NCBI GenBank assembly: GCA_963422265.1
Contig: OY729416.1
Location: forward strand, 288,001 to 352,000
DNA: 64,000 nucleotides
Source: Thermodesulfobacteriota bacterium
Lineage (GTDB): Bacteria; Desulfobacterota_D; UBA1144; Nemesobacterales; UBA2774
Reading direction: 5' to 3'
Position numbers and translations under genes: made by a program. The notes under the pieces are model-generated. The model did not search any database and was not told the DNA's origin. It saw nothing but the letters and a program-made list of their open reading frames with translations. Shown here piece after piece: positions 9,667 to 18,800 of this stretch; position 1 is the stretch's first letter, and each line of letters begins with the position of its first letter.

Positions 9667-10580
9667 TGAACGGGGTATTAGTTCTTGACAAGCCTAAGGG
9701 CATTACTTCGCGAAGCGCTCTAAATAGGGTCAATACGCTTCTTAGGGTGAAGAGAGCAGGCCACACTGGCACGCTGGATCCCTTTGCTACGGGGGTTTTA
9801 CCGATCTGCATCAACAAGGCTACCAAGATCATACCCTTTCTAAAAAATACGTTTAAGAGATACGATGCCCTAATCAGGCTTGGAGTATTGACGGATACTC
9901 TGGATTCTACGGGTCGGCTTTTGCGGGAGCGCAAGGTAAAGCATCATATAGATAATAATACTATCTTGGGCGTTCTATCAAATTACGAGGGAGAAATTGA
10001 GCAGGTTCCCCCGATGTTTTCCGCAGTGAAAAAGCGAGGGGTTAGATTATATAAGCTCGCCAGAATGGGAATAGAAGTAATCAGACCTGCTAGGTCGGTG
10101 TTTATTAATAGGATAGAACTTCTGGGGTTTGATCCACCTTTTGTAAGAATTATGGTAGAATGCTCGCGTGGCACCTATATACGGGCGCTAGCATTGGATA
10201 TTGCGGAGGATTTAGGATGCGGCGGCCACCTATCTGAGCTTAGAAGGATTCAGAGCGACGGTTTTACGATAGACGACGCAGTAACTATGGAAGACGTAGA
10301 AAAAAGGCGTGTTGAATTAGCTGATCTTGGTGAAGTTCTTTCACATATAAAAGAGGTGAAAATCTCAGCGGAGGTTGCTTCTCGGGTTAGAGATGGCAAG
10401 CAGATAAAAAAATCAGATTTAAATTCTTTATCCCTTCCATATTTTCAATCTGGAGATAGGTTGAAAATATGTGAGAGATCGGCTTTGGTATCAATAGCCG
10501 AGGCTAAAGTAAATTCTTCGGATTTCGATGACTTGGATGAAGAAACTATTGTTTTAAGATTACTCAGGGTTATTAACTGA
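9666..10580 (+). CDS. truB: tRNA pseudouridine(55) synthase
   Basis: LDKPKGITS, GHTGTLDPFATG, PPMFSAVK, CSRGTYIR. Confidence 0.95.
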   Translation: MNGVLVLDKPKGITSRSALNRVNTLLRVKRAGHTGTLDPFATGVLPICINKATKIIPFLKNTFKRYDALIRLGVLTDTLDSTGRLLRERKVKHHIDNNTILGVLSNYEGEIEQVPPMFSAVKKRGVRLYKLARMGIEVIRPARSVFINRIELLGFDPPFVRIMVECSRGTYIRALALDIAEDLGCGGHLSELRRIQSDGFTIDDAVTMEDVEKRRVELADLGEVLSHIKEVKISAEVASRVRDGKQIKKSDLNSLSLPYFQSGDRLKICERSALVSIAEAKVNSSDFDDLDEETIVLRLLRVIN

Positions 10581-10642
10581 TTAAATTGTTTAAAAGTTCC
10601 TGCCCACTAGTAGGTTGGCACAGGTAGAAAGGAGGAGATTTT

Positions 10643-10912
10643 ATGACTCTTGATAAAGAGGAAAAGGCTAAATTGATAGGGGAGTTTGCTATAAACGATA
10701 GGGATGTTGGCTCGCCTGAAGTGCAGGTCGGGATATTTTCTCGTAGGATTGAATATTTATCCGAGCATATGAAAAAAGCGCCTAAAGATTTTCATTCGCG
10801 TCGAGGGCTTGTTTCCTTAGTCGCCAAAAGGAGAAGGCTTCTTAATTATATAAAAAGGGAAAGACCGGACACGTATCCGGATCTTATTCAAAGACTAGGA
10901 CTGAGAAAATAG
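10643..10912 (+). CDS. rpsO: 30S ribosomal protein S15
   Basis: DVGSPEVQV..KDFHSRRGL..KRRRLLNY..LGLRK. Confidence 0.97.
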   Translation: MTLDKEEKAKLIGEFAINDRDVGSPEVQVGIFSRRIEYLSEHMKKAPKDFHSRRGLVSLVAKRRRLLNYIKRERPDTYPDLIQRLGLRK

Positions 10913-10932
10913 GATTATAAGGAGGAGAAATT

Positions 10933-13062
10933 TTGATTAATGAAACTAAAGAGGTTGAGGCACAAATCTTTTCTAAACGCTTTGCGCTTCAGACCGGGAA
11001 GCTCGCTAAACAATCTAGTGGAGCTGTATTGGCTAGCTATGAAGACACAGTAGTATTGGCTACCGTAGTTGCCTCAGAGGAAAAGGCGGAAGGGGAAGAT
11101 TTTCTTCCGCTAACAGTAAATTATCAGGAAAAGTCCGCCGCCGCCGGAAAAATACCGGGGGGATTTTTTAAAAGGGAAGGCAGACCGAGCGAAAAAGAAG
11201 TATTAACGTCTAGGCTGATTGACAGGACCATAAGACCCTTAATCCCTAAGGATTTCACGTATCAAACCCAAATCATTGTAACGGTGTTTTCAGCCGATCC
11301 GGATCACGATACCGATGTCCTGTCAGTAACCGCTGCTTCAGCCGCGCTTATGGTTTCTGATGTTCCTTTCGATGGACCTTTGGCTGCGGTGAGGGTAGGC
11401 AGGGCAGGGGGTGAATTTATATGTAATCCTATTAAGAGTGAGCTTGAAGGGAGTGATATGAATATTATAGTCGCCGGAACGAGGGATGCTATAGTTATGG
11501 TGGAAGGCGGCGCCCAGGAGGTGAGCGAAGCTGATATGGTTGATGCTCTTATGTTCGCTCATGGGAGTATTCAGGAGTTTATTAGGCGTCAAGAAGAATT
11601 AGTTTCCGGGATGAATATTCAGAAAAGGGTTTTGATTCCACCAGAAGAGGATCAGACGCTTAACGAACAGGTAGTTTCTTTTGCTGCGGATAAACTCAAG
11701 GACACTATCGGAGTATCATCTAAAATAGAAAGAAGAGAGCAGACGCAAAGAATACGTCAAGAGACTCAAGCGTATGCCTCTTCATTATATCCTGACAGGG
11801 AAGTCGATATCTCAAAGTCGTTTGATAAATTGTTAAAAGATTTGGTCAGAGGGATGATAATAAATGATAAGAGAAGAATTGATGATAGGGGCTACACGGA
11901 TATAAGGTCTATTAGTGGGGAGGTTGGTTTCCTTCCTCGCGTTCATGGTTCTTCTATCTTTACCAGGGGAGAGACGCAGGCTGCGGTTACAGCTACGCTT
12001 GGCACTAAATTTGATGAGCAGAGAATAGACTCCCTTGAAGGAGATACTACCAAAACATTTATGCTTCATTATAATTTTCCGCCTTACTCCGTTGGAGAGG
12101 TTGGGCATAGATTAGGCCCCGGTCGAAGAGAAATAGGTCACGGGGCGCTTGCCGAGAGAGCGCTTCGGGCGGTTATTCCTCAGAAAGCGGATTTTCCATA
12201 TACGATACGCGTAGTATCAGAAGTCTTGGAATCAAATGGATCCTCATCAATGGCTACTATATGCGGTGGCTCTCTTGCGCTCTTGGATGCTGGCGTGCCT
12301 ATGTCATCACCGGTGGCTGGTATAGCTATGGGATTGATTAAGGAAGGGGATGATTTTGTAATATTGTCTGATATTCTGGGTGACGAGGATCATTTGGGTG
12401 ACATGGATTTCAAGGTAGCCGGAACGAGGGGCGGAGTAACCGCCCTTCAGATGGATATCAAAGTTGCCGGAGTTACTAAAGAGATTCTTACTAAAGCCTT
12501 GGATCAGGCTAAGGGTGCTAGAATGCATGTGCTGGATAAAATGGGTGAGATAATATCGGAACCGAGAGAAGATTTATCGCAATATGCTCCCAGAATTATG
12601 ACCGTTCAGGTTAATCAGAACAAGATAAAAGACGTAATTGGTAGTGGTGGTAAGACGATTAAGAAAATCGTCGAGCTTACAGGGGCGCAAGTTGATATTG
12701 ACGACTCTGGGGTTGTGAGCATTTCCTCTCCCGATTTGGAGGCTTGTGATAAGGCTGTGAAGCTTGTTAACGGTATAGTTGAGGAAATTGAAGTAGGAAA
12801 GATTTATCTAGGGACAGTCAAAAGGGTGCTTGATTTCGGTGCCATTGTGGAGTTGGGAAGTGGGCTGGGCGGGGGGAAAGACGGCTTGGTGCACATATCC
12901 GAGCTTGCGCCGAATAGGGTCAATAAGGTTACCGATGTGCTAAATGAAAATGACGAAGTGCTTGTTAAATGTATAAGTAAAGAGAATGATGGAAAGATCA
13001 GATTAAGTAGAAAGCGGGCATTAGATGAAAACATCGATGATTACAGGGAAAGAGCATTGTAG
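10933..13062 (+). CDS. pnp: Polyribonucleotide nucleotidyltransferase
   Basis: GKIPGGFFKREGRP, RREIGHG, SNGSSSMA, GDMDFKVAGT; KH and S1 domains. Confidence 0.97.
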   Translation: MINETKEVEAQIFSKRFALQTGKLAKQSSGAVLASYEDTVVLATVVASEEKAEGEDFLPLTVNYQEKSAAAGKIPGGFFKREGRPSEKEVLTSRLIDRTIRPLIPKDFTYQTQIIVTVFSADPDHDTDVLSVTAASAALMVSDVPFDGPLAAVRVGRAGGEFICNPIKSELEGSDMNIIVAGTRDAIVMVEGGAQEVSEADMVDALMFAHGSIQEFIRRQEELVSGMNIQKRVLIPPEEDQTLNEQVVSFAADKLKDTIGVSSKIERREQTQRIRQETQAYASSLYPDREVDISKSFDKLLKDLVRGMIINDKRRIDDRGYTDIRSISGEVGFLPRVHGSSIFTRGETQAAVTATLGTKFDEQRIDSLEGDTTKTFMLHYNFPPYSVGEVGHRLGPGRREIGHGALAERALRAVIPQKADFPYTIRVVSEVLESNGSSSMATICGGSLALLDAGVPMSSPVAGIAMGLIKEGDDFVILSDILGDEDHLGDMDFKVAGTRGGVTALQMDIKVAGVTKEILTKALDQAKGARMHVLDKMGEIISEPREDLSQYAPRIMTVQVNQNKIKDVIGSGGKTIKKIVELTGAQVDIDDSGVVSISSPDLEACDKAVKLVNGIVEEIEVGKIYLGTVKRVLDFGAIVELGSGLGGGKDGLVHISELAPNRVNKVTDVLNENDEVLVKCISKENDGKIRLSRKRALDENIDDYRERAL

Positions 13063-13340
13063 AGTTTGCATATCTCTCTAGTGCGCTGCTAGATATAGTG
13101 GGGTGGGAACGTTATTATTTGTAATTAGGGAGTAGTATAATAATATTGAGCGGTGGAGTAATCATAGTGTAGTAATAAGTGTAGTAATAAATGGGGTAAA
13201 TCAAGAAGTCAGAAAGCGGTCTGATTATTCTCATGAACTCGTTTCGAAACCTTTCTTCTGTTATTTTGAGCGGGGAGTGGTGGAGTCAAGAAATCTAACT
13301 TTGATTTTACAGCTAATAATTTGTAATTGAGGAGCTAAGT

Positions 13341-14297
13341 ATGTCCCCGAGTCTCGTCGGGGAAGAGAAGCCCAAGTTAATTGTCGTTTTAGGACCTACC
13401 GCATCTGGAAAGAGCGAGATTGGCGTTCACATTGCCGAGTCTCTTGGTGCGGATGTAATAAGTGCTGACTCCCTTCAGGTCTATAAATATCTGAGTATAG
13501 GGACGGCGAAACCGACCTTGCAAGAGCAGGAAAGCGTTGCTCACCATCTTCTGGACGTGGTTGATCCCGACGAGGAATTTAACGCGGGTTTGTTCAGAAG
13601 GCTAGCTTCCTCGAAGATTGCAGAATTGCATAAAAGAGATAAAAAGGTTGTCATAATTGGAGGCACGTATCTATATATCAAGGTTTTACTTTCAGGACTT
13701 ATTGAAGTTGTTCCCTCACCCAAAAACCTCAGGGACGAGCTTAAGAAATTAAGGTCTATATTTGGAACTTCCTACTTGTATGGCAGGTTAGAGGCTATTG
13801 ATCCCGAAGCCGCCTTAAAAATTCACTTTAACGACTACGTAAGAATTGAGAGGGCACTTGAGGTCAATTATCTTACGGGGAGGAAAATATCAGAGATACA
13901 CTCCCTCCACGATTTTGGCGAGAATAGTTACGACTACGTTAAAGTGGGAATATCTATAGACCGAGGGTCTTTGATGAACAGGATTAGTCTCCGTGTAGAT
14001 AGTATGATGGAGCAGGGGTTTGTGGAAGAGGTTAAGAGGCTAAGGCGCATGGGTTATAGTCCTCAACTCAAGCCAATGAGGTCTATAGGTTATAAAGAGA
14101 TCAATAGCTACATAGACGGGGAGGTCTCCCTTGATGAAGCAGTTGAGCTTATAAAATTGAATACCAAGCGCTTAGCAAAGCGGCAGATGACCTGGCTTAG
14201 AAAAGACAATGAGATTAGGTGGTTTGATGTGCCAAGAGAGAACGATAAATTAGCGGATTTAACGACAGGTTTTTTCAGACGCGGTAATATAGGCTAA
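13341..14297 (+). CDS. miaA: tRNA dimethylallyltransferase
   Basis: GPTASGKS, SADSLQVY, GTAKP, IGYKE, AKRQMTW. Confidence 0.96.
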   Translation: MSPSLVGEEKPKLIVVLGPTASGKSEIGVHIAESLGADVISADSLQVYKYLSIGTAKPTLQEQESVAHHLLDVVDPDEEFNAGLFRRLASSKIAELHKRDKKVVIIGGTYLYIKVLLSGLIEVVPSPKNLRDELKKLRSIFGTSYLYGRLEAIDPEAALKIHFNDYVRIERALEVNYLTGRKISEIHSLHDFGENSYDYVKVGISIDRGSLMNRISLRVDSMMEQGFVEEVKRLRRMGYSPQLKPMRSIGYKEINSYIDGEVSLDEAVELIKLNTKRLAKRQMTWLRKDNEIRWFDVPRENDKLADLTTGFFRRGNIG

Positions 14298-14299
14298 TG

Positions 14300-14833
14300 C
14301 TAATCCTCGCGTTTTTCAAGTTCTTCATCTATCTTTCTTAGATAGTCTTTATTTTCAACCGATCTTAGGGAAACATCCTTTTTAGTGGGCTGTTGAGATT
14401 TACGTAGGAATAATCCTATTCCTATGCCTCCTAATGCTATAGCAACAATGGGTAACAACCACAGTGCCCAGTTTATTCCTTTAACGGGTGGTGCTCCTAA
14501 TATGGATTCACCATAGCGATCAGTGAAGTAGGATATAATCTCCTGCTCAGATTTACCCTCCCTAAGTTGTTTTTTAATTATATCTCTCATATCGTTAGCC
14601 AAGTTTGAATTGGACTCAGCAACGCTCTGCCCCTGACAAACCGGGCACATAAGCTGATGAGAGATCTGTTTAACCTGATCGTCTATACCATTTTGCTGAC
14701 TCCTAACTATGTCTCTGCCCCCGAGCGGGGAAGGGCTTTGCGTTATTGATAGTGAGGAGTGTGGCAAGAAAATAAAAAAGAGTACGAGTATTACAGGTTT
14801 TCCAAAGCCGTATATTAGGGAGGGGCTTATCAT
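14300..14833 (-). CDS. ccmH: Cytochrome c biogenesis protein CcmH/CycL
   Basis: LMCPVCQGQSVAESNS, FTDRYGESIL, C-terminal TM helix. Confidence 0.88.
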   Translation of the reverse strand: MISPSLIYGFGKPVILVLFFIFLPHSSLSITQSPSPLGGRDIVRSQQNGIDDQVKQISHQLMCPVCQGQSVAESNSNLANDMRDIIKKQLREGKSEQEIISYFTDRYGESILGAPPVKGINWALWLLPIVAIALGGIGIGLFLRKSQQPTKKDVSLRSVENKDYLRKIDEELEKRED

Positions 14834-14852
14834 CCGTCTTAATGTCCTATCT

Positions 14853-15422
14853 TTATGAACTGTTTTTTGAACTAATCGCCCTTAGGAGATAATAATCTAT
14901 TATTTCTTCCGTAAGCTGGCCAGTGAATTTACCCGTTATAAGACCGGATGAATCTATGAAATAGGTTTCGGGGATTCCACCTAACCCATAATTAACCTGA
15001 ATTTCTTTTTCGGGATCAAAGCCGTGCTCGTAGCTTCCTCCGTATTTGTCGAGATAAGATAGAGCGCTAGAGTCGTCATCCCAGACGTTGACACCGATAA
15101 ATACCACGTCTTTGTCTTTGTATTTTTTCCATGATCTTTCAAGTGCTGGCGCCTCTTGCCTACAAGGCTTGCACCATGATGCCCAGAAGTTTAGGATCAC
15201 GGTCTTTCCCTTAAGCTCTGATAGGGAAACGTTCTCTCCGCTCTCAGCCAGTGAACCTCCAGAACTGTAAAGCGTTAGCGTAAAATCGGGCGCTTCTTTG
15301 CCTGTCAGTGGGGAAGTCTTTATAATAACCCTGTCGCCGAATATTGCGTAACCTAATATACTTAGGAATAGCAATATAATCGTAAGCGCCGCAAGTTTGG
15401 ATACTGTCTTGAATACGTTCAT
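14853..15422 (-). CDS. TlpA/ResA/CcmG-type thiol-disulfide oxidoreductase
   Basis: N-terminal TM, APDFTL, NFWASWCKPC, GIPETYFID; adjacent to ccmH. Confidence 0.9.
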   Translation of the reverse strand: MNVFKTVSKLAALTIILLFLSILGYAIFGDRVIIKTSPLTGKEAPDFTLTLYSSGGSLAESGENVSLSELKGKTVILNFWASWCKPCRQEAPALERSWKKYKDKDVVFIGVNVWDDDSSALSYLDKYGGSYEHGFDPEKEIQVNYGLGGIPETYFIDSSGLITGKFTGQLTEEIIDYYLLRAISSKNSS

Positions 15423-15884
15423 ATCGTCCCGCTAGTATTGTTTTCAGTAGAACATTATAACTAAGGCTGATGCTATTTTCATGTCAGCAAGTGAGGAATT
15501 ATAGCCAAAGGCTACTCTTACAGAAAGGGTTATTCTCGTAAAATTTAAAATAGAGGCATATAGAGGACTGTAACACAATATAGCACCGTTTTTCTTACTT
15601 TGAGGATATTTTCAGTGAAAACGCGTTACTCTTAAACAACTGCTTGTGTAAGAAGTAGGATTTTCCTTTGGTTAAGATGACAAAAGAGGAATCTAGTTTT
15701 TTGTTCTTTTATACATATTTGATTTTTATGGGAGATGTGTTGAATTTAGGGTGGAAGGATGGGGTATGATTTGCTCACTTTAGTGTGGTAAAACGATGAA
15801 AATGATAATGATATGGTGGTGGACCCTTAATGAATGTCAGTCCTTTTGACAAAGGCTTAGGAAGTTATTAAAGTAAAAGGTATT

Positions 15885-18800
15885 ATGATTATAAAAGTTA
15901 CCCCCCCCCCCCCCCCCCCCCCGAAATTCCTGTCCGGCAGGACAACGCCTTGATACCTCGTCAACACCTGCGGCGCCTCGCCGCCACCCTCGGCCTGATC
16001 TTCTTTATCATCTGTGTCCTGCCGGGCACTGCACAGGCCGCCAAAGGCTTCACATTTTCCAAACACACGCTGACTCTGGCAGAACCTGGAGGACTCGGAG
16101 GACTGTCGAGCACAGACACCTACACCGTGAAACTGAGGGAACAACCGAGCGGGAACGTGACCGTAGCAATTAGGAGCGCAGATAGTACTCTAGTTACTGT
16201 GTCACTGGCCTCCATGACCTTTACCACCAGCAACTGGGACCAACCGCAGGAGGTAACCGTCACCGGTGTGGATGACCAAATAGATTATGGCGATCAACAG
16301 TCCATTGTCATCCTGCATAGTCCGTCCGGTAGTGGCTACAGTTCCCAGCAGAACACTACTATAGCAGTGCGATATAACGACAACGACACCGCCGGTATCA
16401 CCATCACCGAGACCGGTGGCAGCACCGTCACCACCGAAGCCGGCGGCACCGACACCTTCACGGTCGTGCTGGACACCGAGCCGTTAGAGGATGTCAGCAT
16501 CGCCGTATCCAGTTCCGACCCCAGTGAAGGTACGGTTGACAAGAGCAGCTTACGTATTCACCTTCGACAACTGGAATACCCCGCAGACCGTCACCGTCAC
16601 CGGTCAGGATGACAACCTGGCCGACGGGGATCAATCCTATAACATCGTACTGGACAAGGTCGTCAGTTTAGATCCTCCCTACGGCGGCGATACCCCAGCG
16701 AACGCCATAGACCCACCGGACGTGTCGGTGACCAACACCGATGATGACCCCGGCGTCACCTTATCCAAGAGAAGTGTCACCGTCACCGAAGCCAGTGGCC
16801 GGGCGCACCACCACCTACACCGTAGTGCTCAACACCCGGCCGAGTAGTAGCGTCACCGTCACCCCCACCAGCAGCGATACCAGCGTGGCCAGAGTCTCCC
16901 CGGGACCCCTGACGTTTACTTCATCCGACTGGAATACCCCACAGAGGGTCACCGTCACCGGTATCGATGACAGCACCGTTGCGGATAGAAGCACCACCAT
17001 CACCCATGCAGCCTCTGGCGGCGGCTACAACGCAGTGAGCATCGCCGACGTGTCGGTAAAGCTGACCGATGACGACACCAGCTTCACATTTTCCACATCC
17101 AGTCTGTCTCTGGCAGAAACTGCTGGACTCGGAGGACTGTCGAACACAGGCAGCTACACCGTGAAACTGAATGGAGCACCAAATGCGGACGTGACCGTAA
17201 CAGTCCGTAATAATTTCCCTGATGAAATCACCGTCTCCCCGGCCTCCCTGACCTTTACCACCAGCGACTGGAATACCGCCGCAAGGGTCACCGTCACCGT
17301 CTTGGATAACCAGGTCGATAATGGCGATCAACGTACCATTCTTGTCTGGCATTTGCCGTCCGGTGGTGGCTACGGTTCTCAGCAGAACACTAATATAACA
17401 GTGCTATATAACGACAACGACACCGCCGGCGTCACCGTCACCGAGACCGGTGGCAGCACTGCCACCACCGAAGCCGGCGGCACCGACACCTTCACGGTCG
17501 TGCTGAACACCAAGCCGTTAGAGGGTGTCAGAATCGCCGTATCCAGTTCCGACATCAGTGAAGGTACGGTTGACAAGAGCAGCCTGGTCTTCACCGATTC
17601 CAACTGGGATACGGTACAGACCGTCACCGTCACCGGTCAGGATGACAGCCTGGTTGACGGGGATCGAGCCTATAACATCGTACTGGCCAAGGTCGTCAGC
17701 ACTGATACCAACTACCACGGCATTGACCCAGCGGACGTATCGGTGACCAACACCGATGATGACGCCGGCGTCACCGTTATCCAAGATGCAGTGTCACCGT
17801 CACCGAAGCCAGTGGCAACAGTAATACCACCACCTACACTGTCGTACTGGACGCCCAACCCTCGGGCGAAGTCACCGTCACCCTCACCAGCGGCGATACC
17901 AGCGTGGCCAGAGTCTCCCCGGCCTCCCTGACCTTTACCACCAGCGACTGGAATACCGCACAGCAAGTCACCGTCACCGGTATCGATGACAGCACCGTTG
18001 CGGATAGAAGCACCACCATCACCCATGCAGCCTCTGGCGGCAGCTACAACGCAGTGGTCATTCCCAGTGTCGTGTCACCCTGACCGATGACGACACCAGC
18101 TTCACATTTTCCACATCCAGTCTGTCTCTGGCAGAAGGTGGACTCGGAGGACGGCCGAACACAGGCAGCTACACCGTGAAACTGAATGGAGCACCAAATG
18201 CGGACGTGACCGTAACAGTCCGTAATAATTTCCCTGATGAAATCACCGTCTCCCCGGCCTCCCTGACCTTTACCACCAGCGACTGGAATACCCCGCAGAG
18301 GGTCACCGTCACCGTCTTGGATAACCAGGTCGATAATGGCGATCAACGTACCATTCTTGTCTGGCATTTGCCGACCGGTGGTGGCTACGGTTCTCAGCAG
18401 AACACTAATATAACAGTGCAATATAACGACAACGACACCGCCGGCGTCACCGTCACCGAGACCGGTGACAGCACTGCCACCACCGAAGCCGGCGGCACCG
18501 ACACCTTCACGGTCGTGCTGAACACCGAGCCGTTAGAGGGTGTCAGAATCGCCGTATCCAGTTCCGACATCAGTGAAGGTACGGTTGACAAGAGCAGCCT
18601 GACCTTCACCGCAGCCAACTGGGATACGGTACAGACCGTCACCGTCACCGGTCAGGATGACAGCCTGGTTGACGGGGATCGAGCCTATAACATCGTACTG
18701 GCCAAGGTCGTCAGCACTGATACCAACTACCACGGCATTGACCCAGCGGACGTATCGGTGACCAACACCGATGATGACGCCGGCGTTACGTTATCCAAGA

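Noticed and set aside
13166-13189. 12-bp tandem duplication AGTGTAGTAATA in the pnp-miaA spacer, or an ncRNA there
   Set aside because: Only two copies in AT-rich DNA; no recognisable RNA family or ORF
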